Assembly: GCA_011772475.1 (NCBI GenBank)
Contig: WVZK01000086.1
Location: 4,406 to 68,405, forward strand
From: Candidatus Aminicenantes bacterium
GTDB lineage: Bacteria > Acidobacteriota > Aminicenantia > Aminicenantales > Aminicenantaceae
Length of the DNA stretch: 64,000 nucleotides
Direction of reading: 5' to 3'
Position 1 is the stretch's first letter, and every line of letters begins with the position of its first letter. Under the pieces are notes generated by a model, which saw nothing but the letters and a program-made list of their open reading frames with translations, was not told where the DNA came from and did no database searches. Below are positions 16,771-27,813 of the stretch, in pieces. The translations under genes were made by a program, and so were the position numbers.

Positions 16771-19551
16771 CTATTCGAGCTCTACGTTAGTTGACCCTCC
16801 ATAATAAATCCCGTTAAACAGAAATTTAAAGGTCCCATGAGGTTGGGCCCGTCGAGTTATCTCTGGTCCGTACAGGAAAAGCTTGCCTTGACCCACATCA
16901 GCCTCAATTACGGCGAGACCTCCATGCAGATAATGCTTCCCCCAGGCCCAGCCACTCCGTAGAGGGTTCTTATTTTCAAACCAGGCTACTGATCGAATCC
17001 TTTCCTGAGCGGTGTCTGGTTTTAACCGAAAGACAGGACTGTTGTTGAAAGCCACATCCACTTTCTCTGACAAACCGTAGGCCAGAGGATTGGTGTTATC
17101 AACGCTAACTTGAAGAATCGAGCCGGGTACGAAATATTTTTCCCTGGGCAAGCGTTTCTCCTTCCCATCTTTAAGCTTTTCGACCAAGGCATTGGCAATA
17201 GGGAGACCGGCATGGTATCCGATGTTAGTGGAGTCACTGATAGCCAGCAGAGTGCCGCCATTTTTGATGAATTCCAGTAAATTTGGAACCGTTTTAGCCA
17301 CGGTTACCTTACCGAGTCGTTTGCGGAATTCTGGAGGTATGCTTTCTGGTTTGGGCTGGGGGGATGAGCGCCAGCGGCGATTCTCGTCAGGTTGGTCGCT
17401 GAGCGGAATAGCGCCGTGGACAAAGATTAGGACATCGTATTTATTATTCAGGTTTCCAGCATCAAGAGTGGCGGGATAGACAACTTTAAAAGGGAACTCG
17501 AACTGCTCCAGCAGCCATCGCACCCAGCCCGAGTCCATGGATCCTCCGTATTGATCCCATAATCCAACGCGTAATGGTTGCAAACGGAGCGCTTCTCCTG
17601 AGGGCTTAGAACTAATGCCTTCAAAATTCAATCCGATCTCCTTGGCCATATTCTCAAGTCTGCGCAAAGTGGAGGACTTTGCTGGAATATAAATCGTCCC
17701 AGCAGGGTATGTCTTTTCCTTATGCTGAAAAGCCTTTTTTAACCAGTACACCTCTTCTTTTCTTTGAAGGAGGCGGTTGATGGCGATAAAGGCATCATTG
17801 ACTCTATGGTCTAAAAGAAAGCCAACAGCATTCGTGCTCTGGGTAACTTTTCCAGGAGGGCGATGGGCAAGATCCTCAATTTTCTCGAAGGGGCCTTCGA
17901 CACTTTCCAAAATTCGGTCGAATTCCACTCCCATTTGAAAAGCCAAAGTCCAACCAGCATTATCGTAGGGTGGAATAGGTGCTCCACCTGGATAAGGGAT
18001 ATCATCTGGGTGGTTTTGAGGTTCAAACATAGAGAGGATGTGGGGACGGAAGGCTTGAGCGGTCTTTACGATATAAGAACCCGAAGGATAGGACTTACCG
18101 CCCGCGCTGAAGGATTCAGTTGCTCTTAGGATAGTTATTCCATTCTTTATGAGAGCATTCACGAATTTGGTTGCGGTTAAAAAGTCGGGCTGGTCCGAGC
18201 TAAGAATATAGACTCGGGGATCACGCTCAGCTGGATCGAGCAGCATCTCATAATATTTGCGCGGATACCCTCGGTTTCGTCCGGCACCTACTCGCTGGGC
18301 CTTATCTTTTTTGATTGCGTCTTCGACTGCTGCAATCCTATGCGGACGGATAGTCCAGTGGTCGCGGCTTCCCCGTTCTATTGAGTTTTTTCCCATGAGA
18401 TAGATGTTGTACAGGAAATCCTCACGGTATTTAGAGGCCAGGTCGAGAATTGCCCTATCAGCTGTGATCATGTACTCGATTGATTGGCGGAAATGCCACT
18501 TCTGAGGAGCAATCGGAGCGGGAAGATCGTTTTTAGGAAGTTGTCTATCGGGAAGGAACGGAATTTCCACCGGCGTGGGATTTCCGATAGCTTCTGTTAG
18601 AATCCCGATCATGTTGTGAAAATAAGTAGATGTCCGCAGTCCGCCGTTCCACCAGGTCGAATATCTTGCTCCCGATCTCATTGTTGCCCCTGGCTTTCCC
18701 TCAGCAACGAAACGATTATGCATAGCAGCTCCAACAAGCTCGATTCCCAACGGAACAAGCGGATCATAGTAGTAGTTGAACGGGTCACGGAAGGGAGGTG
18801 CAAATAAGACTGTTCCTGCAGGACCAGTTTGATGCTGATTGTATACGATTTGAGGAAACCACTCGTGGTATAACACCCGGGTAAGGGCTTCTGTTTCGGG
18901 CTGAGTCACCATGTAAAAATCACGATTGTTATCGTGGCCGATGTATTTTTGGTACAGACGAGGTATGTCTCTCGTGGACCGCTTGGTTGGTTCCTTTTCT
19001 CGCATATACCAGTCTGAGACCAATTCCATTCCATCTGGATTTGAGGGGACGGCAAGCAAAATGACATCATCCAGGATCCTCAGCGTCTCAGGATCATTTC
19101 GGCTCGCCATTTGATACACAAGCTCTATCAAATGCTGTGCTCCCAATACTTCAGTTCCGTGTAAGCCCCCATCAATCCAGACAACCGCTCGTCCTTCAGA
19201 AGCAAGTTCTCGAGCTTCGCTATCAGTAAGTCCTTCAGCTAAGGCTAGTTTCTTTGAGATCTCTTTATAACGATCGAGTTTCCTTTGATTGTCTGGGGAA
19301 GTTATAACGGCCATGAACATCGGATGTTTCTCAGCTGTAATGCCGATTCCGGCAAGCGAAACCCGCTTGGATTCAAGAGCAATTTTTTTCAAATAAGCTA
19401 TGAATTGTGTATAGTTGGCCAGATAGTAATCGTCTCCCACATTAAAACCAAAGTGTTCTTTGGGCGTTGTGATTTTACGCTGGGCCAATAAAGGAATGAC
19501 CAATAGCGCTATTAAAATAAAAACTAAAATAAGACTCTTATTCTTGCCCAT
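16771..19551 (-). CDS. M14 family zinc carboxypeptidase, secreted
   Basis: ORF track start 19629; preferred start 19551 (MGKNKSLILVFILIALLVIPLLAQ). DGGLHGTEVLGAQHLIELVY, NPDGMELVSDWYM, HDNNRDFYMVTQPETEA. Confidence 0.88.
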   Translation of the reverse strand: MGKNKSLILVFILIALLVIPLLAQRKITTPKEHFGFNVGDDYYLANYTQFIAYLKKIALESKRVSLAGIGITAEKHPMFMAVITSPDNQRKLDRYKEISKKLALAEGLTDSEARELASEGRAVVWIDGGLHGTEVLGAQHLIELVYQMASRNDPETLRILDDVILLAVPSNPDGMELVSDWYMREKEPTKRSTRDIPRLYQKYIGHDNNRDFYMVTQPETEALTRVLYHEWFPQIVYNQHQTGPAGTVLFAPPFRDPFNYYYDPLVPLGIELVGAAMHNRFVAEGKPGATMRSGARYSTWWNGGLRTSTYFHNMIGILTEAIGNPTPVEIPFLPDRQLPKNDLPAPIAPQKWHFRQSIEYMITADRAILDLASKYREDFLYNIYLMGKNSIERGSRDHWTIRPHRIAAVEDAIKKDKAQRVGAGRNRGYPRKYYEMLLDPAERDPRVYILSSDQPDFLTATKFVNALIKNGITILRATESFSAGGKSYPSGSYIVKTAQAFRPHILSMFEPQNHPDDIPYPGGAPIPPYDNAGWTLAFQMGVEFDRILESVEGPFEKIEDLAHRPPGKVTQSTNAVGFLLDHRVNDAFIAINRLLQRKEEVYWLKKAFQHKEKTYPAGTIYIPAKSSTLRRLENMAKEIGLNFEGISSKPSGEALRLQPLRVGLWDQYGGSMDSGWVRWLLEQFEFPFKVVYPATLDAGNLNNKYDVLIFVHGAIPLSDQPDENRRWRSSPQPKPESIPPEFRKRLGKVTVAKTVPNLLEFIKNGGTLLAISDSTNIGYHAGLPIANALVEKLKDGKEKRLPREKYFVPGSILQVSVDNTNPLAYGLSEKVDVAFNNSPVFRLKPDTAQERIRSVAWFENKNPLRSGWAWGKHYLHGGLAVIEADVGQGKLFLYGPEITRRAQPHGTFKFLFNGIYYGGSTNVELE

Positions 19552-19803
19552 AAATTCCTCCCTTTTCCCAATCAGGGAAAGAAGTTTGTTTTTCTGTCTG
19601 CCACAGCTTTCCGCTCCCATGACGACCATTGAAATTTCTTATATAAGTAATAGATAAATTGAATCCCTAATTTAGCAAAGGAATAATTTGATGTCAAAAG
19701 TTAAATAATAAAAAGACATTTTTTGTTTTTTTTCGTATAATTCTTTGAACACTCGATGTCTTTAAAGATTAGACTTCGCTAATAATAATTAAAGGAGGAG
19801 ATT

Positions 19804-21714
19804 ATGCGTACACGAGTTATATCGTTATTGGTAGTCGCATCCATCTTTATTTTTGGATGCGTTCCCCTGGAGGAAATGCCTCGCCTTATCCCTATGAAAG
19901 ATTTTTTCCGGAATCCGGAAAGTGCTGTATTTGGACTTTCTCCTGATGGAAGCCACCTCGCCTTTTTGAAGCCTTGGGAAAATCGACTAAATGTTCACGT
20001 GCAAAAAATAGGGGAAGATAAAATTACGCGAATCACCGGTGCAACGGAGAGAGATATTGCCGGCTATTATTGGGCGAATAATAATCGCATCGCTTATGTG
20101 CAGGATACTGCAGGTGACGAAAACTTCAGGTTATATGCAGTTAACATTGATGGGTCCGATCTAAAAGAACTCACGCCGTTTGAAAAAGTAAAGGTAGAGC
20201 TAATTGATAAGCTGAAGAATGACGATGAACACATGCTGATTTCGATGAACAAGCGTGATTCTCGTGTGTTTGATGTATATCGTATAAACATCAACTCGGG
20301 CAAGATGAATATGATAGCTCAAAATCCTGGGAATATCATGGGCTGGCATACCGACCATGACGGCAATCTGAGGATAGCCGTGACCACTGATGGTGTTAAC
20401 ACAAGTGTTCTTTACCGTGACTCCGAGAAGGATAAGTTCCAAACTTTGATCACAACCAATTTTAAAGAATCAATGTCGCCTTTGTTCTTCACGTTCGACA
20501 ATAAAAATCTTTACGTTGCTTCCAGCATAGGCCGAGATAAAACAGCTATATATGAATACGATATCAAAAATAAAAAACATGCAAAATTATTATATGAACA
20601 CCCTGAAGTTGATGTTGATGGTTTATTAAAATCGGATAAACGGAAGAAGATTACAGGCGTTACCTATATCGTCGATAAAAGACATTATCATTTCTTTGAT
20701 GATGAGAGAAAGACATTACAGGAAGGACTTGAGAAGCGGCTTCCAGGGTATGAAGTTGTGATCGTCAGCCGAAGTAAAGATGAGAGGAAAGTACTGGTTA
20801 GAACTTACAGCGACAGATCGCTTGGTTCCTATTATTACTTTAACCGAGACACGAATGACTTCAGAAAGCTCGTGGATATCAGTCCTTGGTTGAATGAAGA
20901 TGAGCTGGCTGAGATGAAGCCAATCACTTACAAATCACGGGATGGATTAACAATCCATGGATATTTAACAGTGCCCAAAGGCGCGAAACCTAAGAACCTT
21001 CCTGTTGTCGTCAATCCTCATGGCGGTCCCTGGGACAGAGATACATGGGGTTATAGGTCTCATGTTCAATTTCTTGCTAATCGAGGCTATGCTGTTTTAC
21101 AGATGAATTTCAGGACTTCTACAGGCTATGGACGTAAGTTCTGGGAAGCCGGCTTTAAACAATCGGGACTTGCCATCCAGGATGATATAACCGACGGAGT
21201 AAAATGGTTGATTAACCAAGGAATTGCCGACCCAAAACGTGTCGGAATTTACGGCGGTTCTTACGGAGGTTACTGCGTTCTAGCAGGGCTAGCATTCACT
21301 CCGGATTTATATGCTGCTGGTGTGGATTACGTCGGAATCTCTAGCTTTTTTACAATATTAAAGACCATTCCGCCTTACTGGGAACCTATGTTAGAGATGA
21401 TGTACGAAATGGTCGGCCATCCAGAAAAAGACAAGGAATTGTTCGAGAAAGTTTCGCCTCTATTTCACGCTGATAAAATTAAGGCTCCCTTGTTTGTCGC
21501 TCAAGGGGCCAACGATCCTAGGGTGAATAAACAGGAATCAGATCAGATTGTAGAAGCACTTAGAAAACGAGGTATTGATGTCGAATATATGGTAAAAGAA
21601 GATGAAGGGCATGGCTTCCGCAACGAGGAAAATAGGTTTGATTTCTATAGGGCAATGGAAAAATTCCTAGGCAAACACCTCGGAGGCAGAGTGGAGACAG
21701 AAACCAACGATTAA
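19804..21714 (+). CDS. S9 family peptidase (prolyl oligopeptidase family), lipoprotein
   Basis: Strong SD aaaggagg; lipobox-like FIFGC; NPHGGPWDRD, GIYGGSYGGYCVLAG, GANDPRVNKQESDQ, DEGHGFRNEEN. Confidence 0.93.
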   Translation: MRTRVISLLVVASIFIFGCVPLEEMPRLIPMKDFFRNPESAVFGLSPDGSHLAFLKPWENRLNVHVQKIGEDKITRITGATERDIAGYYWANNNRIAYVQDTAGDENFRLYAVNIDGSDLKELTPFEKVKVELIDKLKNDDEHMLISMNKRDSRVFDVYRININSGKMNMIAQNPGNIMGWHTDHDGNLRIAVTTDGVNTSVLYRDSEKDKFQTLITTNFKESMSPLFFTFDNKNLYVASSIGRDKTAIYEYDIKNKKHAKLLYEHPEVDVDGLLKSDKRKKITGVTYIVDKRHYHFFDDERKTLQEGLEKRLPGYEVVIVSRSKDERKVLVRTYSDRSLGSYYYFNRDTNDFRKLVDISPWLNEDELAEMKPITYKSRDGLTIHGYLTVPKGAKPKNLPVVVNPHGGPWDRDTWGYRSHVQFLANRGYAVLQMNFRTSTGYGRKFWEAGFKQSGLAIQDDITDGVKWLINQGIADPKRVGIYGGSYGGYCVLAGLAFTPDLYAAGVDYVGISSFFTILKTIPPYWEPMLEMMYEMVGHPEKDKELFEKVSPLFHADKIKAPLFVAQGANDPRVNKQESDQIVEALRKRGIDVEYMVKEDEGHGFRNEENRFDFYRAMEKFLGKHLGGRVETETND

Positions 21715-21757
21715 ATCGATATTTTTTTGTAGTTTGATTTATTTGGAGGTTTTACTT

Positions 21758-21895
21758 GTAGGGGCTTGATTTATCAAACTCACCTTTTATTTATCTAAGC
21801 GGGATTGTTTTTGTGTAGGGGCTTGATTATTCAAACCCACCTTATATTTATCTAAAGATGATTGTTTATGTGTAGGGGTTTGATTCATCAAACCC
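21758..21895. repeat. Three tandem about 57-bp units of the GTAGGGG hairpin repeat
   Basis: Core copies at 21758, 21815 and 21872; spacers CACCTT(A/T)TATTTATCTAA...GATTGTTT(T/A)TGT are also conserved. Confidence 0.85.
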
Positions 21896-21980
21896 ACCTT
21901 ATCCATTCTTTGGATTAAAAAACATACCAATATAATTGTGCTAAAATATAAAGTAACTCCTTATGGTAGGGAGATTATTA

Positions 21981-23027
21981 ATGAAAAAACAGAATAAACA
22001 TCCATTGGCATGGCTCAGTGGCAAAGATTATAAAACTGGCAAAAGCGACTCCAATCGTGCCTGCGAAGTTAGTCAGACCGATGTTTCTGATGCAAAACTC
22101 CTTGATGCCTATTCGCATGCTGTTATCTCAGTAGTCGAAGCAGTTGGCCCGGCCATTGTTAGTATCTCAATTGGCAGAGAGTCTCAGGAGCCTGAGTTTG
22201 ATCTGATTGGCGCAGGTTCTGGCTTTGTTATTACCCCAGATGGTTATATACTTACTAACAGCCATGTGGTCTCCAAAGCCAAGAAGTTGGAGACCATTTT
22301 TGTGGATAGAAAGAGGCTATCCACGACCGTCATAGGCAAGGATGATTCTACAGACCTGGCTGTGATTCAAGTCAATGCCTCAGGTTTGCCCTATGCTACG
22401 TTAGGGGATTCATCTGGATTGCGTGTTGGTCAGCTAGTGATTGCCATGGGTAATCCCTTTGGTTTTCAGTCCACTGTTTCCACTGGCGTGATCAGTGCTC
22501 TCGGGCGTTCGTTGCGCAGCCAGCAAGGACGTCTGATTGAAAACATTATCCAGCATACTGCTCCGCTTAATCCAGGAAACTCGGGTGGTCCGCTCTTGGA
22601 CTCAAGGGGGCGTGTTGTCGGAATCAACACGGCCATCATTCCTATGGCCCAGGGCATAGGATTTTCCATTCCTTCCGATACAGGGAAATGGGTGCTTACC
22701 CAGCTTATGACTCAAGGACGAGTACGTCGAAGCTACCTGGGAATAGTAGGCTATAAACGCCCCTTAGAAAGAAGGATTGTGCGCTTTCATAAGCTTAGCA
22801 AGGATCATGGAGTTGAAATAGTGTCCACTGATCCTAAAGGTCCAGCCAGGGAGGCGGATTTGCGCGTGGGCGATATTGTAGTTGAGGTCAATAATCAGGG
22901 TATGGGAAGTGTTGATGATATTTACCGTTTCTTGGCCGAATGGCCTATTGGTCGCCCGCTGACTGTTACTGTGCTTCGTGGTAAAGATCGGATTAATCTA
23001 GAGGTCGTTCCCACTGAGGCAAGTTAA
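21981..23027 (+). CDS. Trypsin-like serine protease with PDZ domain (HtrA/DegP family)
   Basis: GSGFVITPDGYILTNSHVVSKA, DLAVIQVNASG, NPFGFQSTVSTGVISALGR, IQHTAPLNPGNSGGPLLDSRGRVVGINTA, C-terminal PDZ. Confidence 0.92.
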   Translation: MKKQNKHPLAWLSGKDYKTGKSDSNRACEVSQTDVSDAKLLDAYSHAVISVVEAVGPAIVSISIGRESQEPEFDLIGAGSGFVITPDGYILTNSHVVSKAKKLETIFVDRKRLSTTVIGKDDSTDLAVIQVNASGLPYATLGDSSGLRVGQLVIAMGNPFGFQSTVSTGVISALGRSLRSQQGRLIENIIQHTAPLNPGNSGGPLLDSRGRVVGINTAIIPMAQGIGFSIPSDTGKWVLTQLMTQGRVRRSYLGIVGYKRPLERRIVRFHKLSKDHGVEIVSTDPKGPAREADLRVGDIVVEVNNQGMGSVDDIYRFLAEWPIGRPLTVTVLRGKDRINLEVVPTEAS

Positions 23028-23103
23028 TCATAATCTCATCCCAACCTGTCTGCATTTGATTTATCTGCAAGGATTTGACCTGTTTGCCTAGGATTATTTT
23101 CTT

Positions 23104-23127
23104 TGTAGAGGCTTGATTTATCAAGCC
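23104..23127. repeat. GTAGGGG-family hairpin copy
   Basis: gtagaggcttgatttatcaagccc; arms CTTGAT/ATCAAG. Confidence 0.75.
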
Positions 23128-23288
23128 CACCTTATATGAACTTTAGGCATTTATTTTGTTTGTATAGGAGTGATCTAAGTTTATTGGGGGCCTAAATAGG
23201 TGCTGGACGCCGTACCTAAAATGTAACGTTTTCCTTATTTTTTTCGTATATATATATAGAAGTGGAGAGCAGAGAATGAGGTTAAAAA

Positions 23289-23438
23289 ATGAGATTAATA
23301 ACAAAGATAGAAATTTTTCTCATGGCCATCGTTTTAACCTTTTTTCTGTTCAACATAATGATTCCTCCCTCGGCAGTAGACCTTTTAAGGATTGGAAATC
23401 AAGCAGGATATGAAATTATTGTAAACGTAGTGCCTTGA
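23289..23438 (+). CDS. Possible 49-aa secreted peptide
   Basis: MRLITKIEIFLMAIVLTFFLFNIMIPPSAVDLLRIGNQAGYEIIVNVVP*; gaggt SD 6 nt upstream; too short for the ORF track. Confidence 0.3.
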   Translation: MRLITKIEIFLMAIVLTFFLFNIMIPPSAVDLLRIGNQAGYEIIVNVVP

Positions 23439-23478
23439 GAGCTAGAAAAAACGCCTTTCGTATACATCAGGATAATAT

Positions 23479-23859
23479 CTAATACAGCTTCTCTATCTCC
23501 TCTGTGTCAATGTGGAGGTGTCCTTTACGTTTTTCCCCCCTGAGAGGTCCTTCAAACCAAGCGACAGTCACCAGGCTGAGGGCTTCTAGCCTGTGGGTTT
23601 CTCCCATAGGGGTAAATACCATATCGCCAGGGCCAACCTCGAAAGGATCAGCTGTACCAGTTACAAGAGCTCGGCCGTTAATTATTATCCACCATTCATC
23701 ACAATCATGGTAGTGCACGTCTGAAGATGCTCCCTCGGATAAAGTGTCGACGCCATAGTTACAGATTATCGAATCCTCCGGCATGGGATCTATAGGTGAG
23801 AGTTTAGCCGTAATAAAAGCAGGAGGATTCTCGTATTGTTTTGCTCGGATATGTCGCAT
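23479..23859 (-). CDS. Cupin domain protein
   Basis: HYHDCDEWWIIINGRALVTGTADPFEVGPGDMVFTPMGETHRLEAL. Confidence 0.88.
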   Translation of the reverse strand: MRHIRAKQYENPPAFITAKLSPIDPMPEDSIICNYGVDTLSEGASSDVHYHDCDEWWIIINGRALVTGTADPFEVGPGDMVFTPMGETHRLEALSLVTVAWFEGPLRGEKRKGHLHIDTEEIEKLY

Positions 23860-24275
23860 GAGACTTTCTCCTCTATGTTAAATTACCCAACAATCAAATA
23901 AATAAATAGCCAAGTTATATATAAACAGTTACATCACCATCGTAACAATCCGCCGCTTACTTTTCTGTCTACGTCCATATTCTAAAGAAATCGATTCTGA
24001 TACGGAAAATATTCTAAGATATAGATACATAAAAGCGTGCTCGCTGTCAATAAACCTATTCTGCAGAGTTGACTATTTTGAAAGTAATTGTTATTCTTTT
24101 GCCACATTTGCAGAAGGAAAAAGAGGAAATGCAAGGCCTTTTGTTTCTTGAAATCATAATCCTTATCGAAGACAAAAGGCTTTTTATATTATGGGGAAGA
24201 GAAAGCAAATTTGATACAATAGTTGCCAAGGAATATTCCCTAAGATAATCATAGATGAGAAAGGAGGAATGAGCC

Positions 24276-24569
24276 ATGTTTGCCAGGCAGACCACATTTC
24301 ATTATAGGGTAAACGAGTTAGATAAAGCCGTGGAGATAGTTAAGGAGAGCATTGTCCCTGCGGCTAAATCGCAGAAAGGTTATCAAGGATTCTATTACTT
24401 GATAGACCGTAAAACAGGCAAAGCAGTCGCCATTGTCCTGTGGGATAGCGAGGAGGACGCTATGGCTAATGAAAAGAGCCATTACTACCAAGAACAGTTG
24501 GTCAAGACCATGCATTTATACAGAGAACCCCCTATTCGCGAAGGATATGAGATCGTTGTCAAAGAATAA
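24276..24569 (+). CDS. ABM/dimeric alpha-beta barrel-like small protein
   Basis: 97 aa; VKESIVPAAKSQKGYQGFYYLIDRKTGKAVAIVLWDSEEDAMANEKSHYYQEQLVK; paralogue at 56585..56878. Confidence 0.7.
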   Translation: MFARQTTFHYRVNELDKAVEIVKESIVPAAKSQKGYQGFYYLIDRKTGKAVAIVLWDSEEDAMANEKSHYYQEQLVKTMHLYREPPIREGYEIVVKE

Positions 24570-24581
24570 TTGGAGGGAAAG

Positions 24582-27500
24582 ATGAGCACGAAATGCCCTA
24601 AATGTGATTTTGATAATCCTTCTGACACAAGGTTTTGTGGAAGTTGTGGAACAAAACTCCCTCCAGAAGAAGAAGTTTCGGCTCCTCTAACTAAGACTCT
24701 TGAAACACCCATAAAAGAATTAAAGACAGGGAGCATTTTTGCTTCCAGGTACGAGGTCATTGAAGAACTGGGCAAAGGCGGCATGGGCAAGGTTTATAAA
24801 GTCCTTGATAAAGAAGTGAACGAGAAGATAGCCCTGAAGCTCTTAAATCCTGAGATTGGAGCAGATGAGAAAACGATCGATCGCTTCCGGAACGAGCTGA
24901 AGTTTGCCCGTAAGATTGGTCACAGGAACGTTTGCCGCATGTATGATCTAAGCAGAGAAGAGGGTACTCATTACATCACCATGGAGTATATTCCTGGTGA
25001 AGATTTGAAGAGTACGATAATTAGGGTGGGACAACTCAGTGTAGGGAAAGCGACTTTTATAGCTAAGCAAGTATGCGAAGGCCTGGCTGAAGCGCACAGA
25101 TTAGGCGTTGTACACCGTGATCTAAAGCCCCAGAACATAATGCTGGATAAGCAGGGTAATGCCCGGATAATGGATTTTGGAATAGCTCGCTCACTTAAAG
25201 CTAAGGGATTAACAGGCGCAGGTGTGATGATCGGAACACCCGAGTACATGTCTCCAGAGCAGGCAGAAGTGAAAGAGGTAGACCAACGTTCTGATATCTA
25301 TTCGTTGGGAGTGATCCTTTATGAAATGGTTACCGGGAGAGTGCCTTTTGAAGGAGAAACGCCTCTAAATATAGCCATGAAGCACAAGAGCGAGGCTCCT
25401 CGAAATCCAAAAGAGCTCAATTCTCAGATTCCCGAAGACTTAAGCCGGGTGATACTAAGATGCCTGGAGAAGGACAAGGAAAAAAGGTATCAAGGAGCTG
25501 AAACTATCCTTTCTGAGTTAGCCAGCATAGAAAAAGGCATGCCAACCACAGAGAGAGTGATTCCAGAGAGAAAGCCCATCACATCACGAGAAATAACAGT
25601 AACTATCGGATTAAAAAAACTTTTTATCCCAGCCTTAGTAGTTATAGGTCTGGCAGTAATTGGAATAGCTATCTGGCAGCTTATTCCCGGAAGAGAGCCA
25701 GTTAAGACTTCAGTAGCGGTGATAAACTTTGAAAACCAAACAGGGGATAAAGCTTATGATTATCTTCAAGAAGCCATCCCTAATCTTTTAATCACAAGTC
25801 TTGAGCAATCGAAATATCTGCAGGTAACGACATGGGAAAGAATGCATGATCTTCTTAAGCAAATAGGGAAGCAGGATGTGGAGATAATTGATAAGGATTT
25901 AGGCTTTGAGTTGTGTCGAATGGACGGCGTCAATGCTATTGTCCTGGGGAGTTTCGTCAAAGCCGGCGATGTATTTGCAACAGACGTTAAAGTTTTGGAT
26001 GTAGAAACCAAAGAACTTCTGAAGAGCGCCAGCTCAAAAGGCGAAGGAGTTGGGAGCATACTGGAAAGACAGATTGGTGAACTGAGCAGGGATATTTCCC
26101 GAGGTATAGGCATATCTGAGCGCAAGATAGAAGCAATTCAACCCAGGATTGCTGAGGTTACGACTAATTCGATGGATGCCTATAACTATTTCTTGAGAGG
26201 AAGAGAGGACTTTGAAAAATTCTATTATGAAGAAGCCCGCCAGTCTCTCGAGAAGGCAGTCGAGCTTGATCCCAACTTTGCTGTTGCCTATCTCTGGCTT
26301 GCGCGGTCATACTCTTCGTTAGGAGAGAGAAAGGCAAGAATTGAAGCCTGCGAGAAAGCTAAAACTCTTTCGGGGAAGGCTACGGATAAAGAGAGACTTT
26401 ATATAGAAGCAGATTATGCTAGGGTAATTGAAAGAGATCCAGAAAAAAGATTTCGTATCCTGAAAGAAATGGCCAGGAAATATCCCAAAGAGAAACGAAT
26501 TCATTACCATTTAGGTTCTTATTATGGCGGCAAAAGGATGTATGACGAAGGAATAGAAGAATACAACAAAGCACTGGAGCTTGATCCCAACTATGGATAT
26601 GCCCTTAATTCGCTGGCCTACACATACTCTGACATAGGAAATTATGAAAAGGCTATCGAGTATTTTAAGAAGTATGCCTCTGTCTCGCCCGGGGATGCCA
26701 ATCCTTTAGATTCCATGGCGGAGCTTTATTTCCGGATGGGAAGGCTTGATGAGGCGATAGCAAAATATAAAGAAACATTAGAAGTTAAGCCTGATTTTTT
26801 CCAAACATACTGGAGAGTTGGATACATCTATGCTTTAAAGCAACGTTACGATGAAGCGATGAAATGGATTGATAAGGATATTGCTGCAGCTCCATCTCTT
26901 GGAGCAAAAGGTCTGGGATATTTTTGGAAAGGTTTTTATCAATACTGGCTCGGCAATTTTGAAGTGTCGTTAAGTGGCTTTCGGAGAAACCTGGATCTTG
27001 CCGAAGCGGTTGGACAAGATGTTATGAAAGCCTGGACAGAATGGATGATAGGCTTGGTCTATTATGACAGGGGAGAGCCTGAACTGAGCCGGGAATACTT
27101 TAAAAGCTGGTTCGATTTTATAAAAGAATATAATCCATCATACATACCAGATTATACTATAGATTACAATTTCATTCTTGCTTTAGTAGACTTGAATCAA
27201 GGGCGAATCGATTCAGCAAAGTCCAGATTAGCTGAGATAAAATCACTTTTGCCTGAAATAGATCCGTCTAGTGAAGATCGGGCAGAATTTGAATATGATT
27301 TTCTCCACGGAGAAGTGTTGCTTTTAGAAGGCTCCTTAGAGAAGGCTATCGACGTACTAGTAAAAGCATCGCCTTTAGGAAAACCTCCGCGTATACAGTA
27401 TATAGGTCCCTATAACTTTCCATTTCTTAAAGATGTGCTGGCAAGAGCTTATCAACAAAAAGGAGAATTAGACAAAGCCATTGCCGAATATGAGCGGCTG

Positions 27501-27707
27501 ATTACCTTTGATCCAAACCGTGAGGAACGCTATCTTATTCATCCAAAATATTATTACAGGTTGGCCAAATTATACGAAGAGAAGGGCTGGACCGGGAAAG
27601 CTATAGAACACCACGAGAAATTTCTCCATTTCTGGAAGAATGCTGATGAAGGGCTGCCAGAATTAGTAGATGCAAAAAAACGCCTTGCCGCCCTCAAAGC
27701 CAAGTAA
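24582..27707 (+). CDS. Serine/threonine protein kinase: N-terminal zinc ribbon, kinase, TM, FlgO/TolB-N-like domain, TPRs
   Basis: [23 protein letters not shown]; [44 protein letters not shown]; [30 protein letters not shown]; multiple TPR. Confidence 0.92.
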   Translation: MSTKCPKCDFDNPSDTRFCGSCGTKLPPEEEVSAPLTKTLETPIKELKTGSIFASRYEVIEELGKGGMGKVYKVLDKEVNEKIALKLLNPEIGADEKTIDRFRNELKFARKIGHRNVCRMYDLSREEGTHYITMEYIPGEDLKSTIIRVGQLSVGKATFIAKQVCEGLAEAHRLGVVHRDLKPQNIMLDKQGNARIMDFGIARSLKAKGLTGAGVMIGTPEYMSPEQAEVKEVDQRSDIYSLGVILYEMVTGRVPFEGETPLNIAMKHKSEAPRNPKELNSQIPEDLSRVILRCLEKDKEKRYQGAETILSELASIEKGMPTTERVIPERKPITSREITVTIGLKKLFIPALVVIGLAVIGIAIWQLIPGREPVKTSVAVINFENQTGDKAYDYLQEAIPNLLITSLEQSKYLQVTTWERMHDLLKQIGKQDVEIIDKDLGFELCRMDGVNAIVLGSFVKAGDVFATDVKVLDVETKELLKSASSKGEGVGSILERQIGELSRDISRGIGISERKIEAIQPRIAEVTTNSMDAYNYFLRGREDFEKFYYEEARQSLEKAVELDPNFAVAYLWLARSYSSLGERKARIEACEKAKTLSGKATDKERLYIEADYARVIERDPEKRFRILKEMARKYPKEKRIHYHLGSYYGGKRMYDEGIEEYNKALELDPNYGYALNSLAYTYSDIGNYEKAIEYFKKYASVSPGDANPLDSMAELYFRMGRLDEAIAKYKETLEVKPDFFQTYWRVGYIYALKQRYDEAMKWIDKDIAAAPSLGAKGLGYFWKGFYQYWLGNFEVSLSGFRRNLDLAEAVGQDVMKAWTEWMIGLVYYDRGEPELSREYFKSWFDFIKEYNPSYIPDYTIDYNFILALVDLNQGRIDSAKSRLAEIKSLLPEIDPSSEDRAEFEYDFLHGEVLLLEGSLEKAIDVLVKASPLGKPPRIQYIGPYNFPFLKDVLARAYQQKGELDKAIAEYERLITFDPNREERYLIHPKYYYRLAKLYEEKGWTGKAIEHHEKFLHFWKNADEGLPELVDAKKRLAALKAK

Positions 27708-27718
27708 AAAGGTAACAT

Positions 27719-27806
27719 AAAAAGGGGACAGGCTAGTTTTTCGAAAATTTCGTAGGGGTTTGATTTATCAAACCCGCACATTAAAAAAGTAGCCTGTCCC
27801 TTTTTT
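27719..27806. repeat. Long inverted repeat (GGGACAGGCTAC family) enclosing a GTAGGGG hairpin
   Basis: left arm aaaaggggacaggctagttttt, right arm aaaaaagtagcctgtccctttttt; inner copy gtaggggtttgatttatcaaaccc at 27752-27775. Confidence 0.8.
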
Positions 27807-27813
27807 CTTAGAC

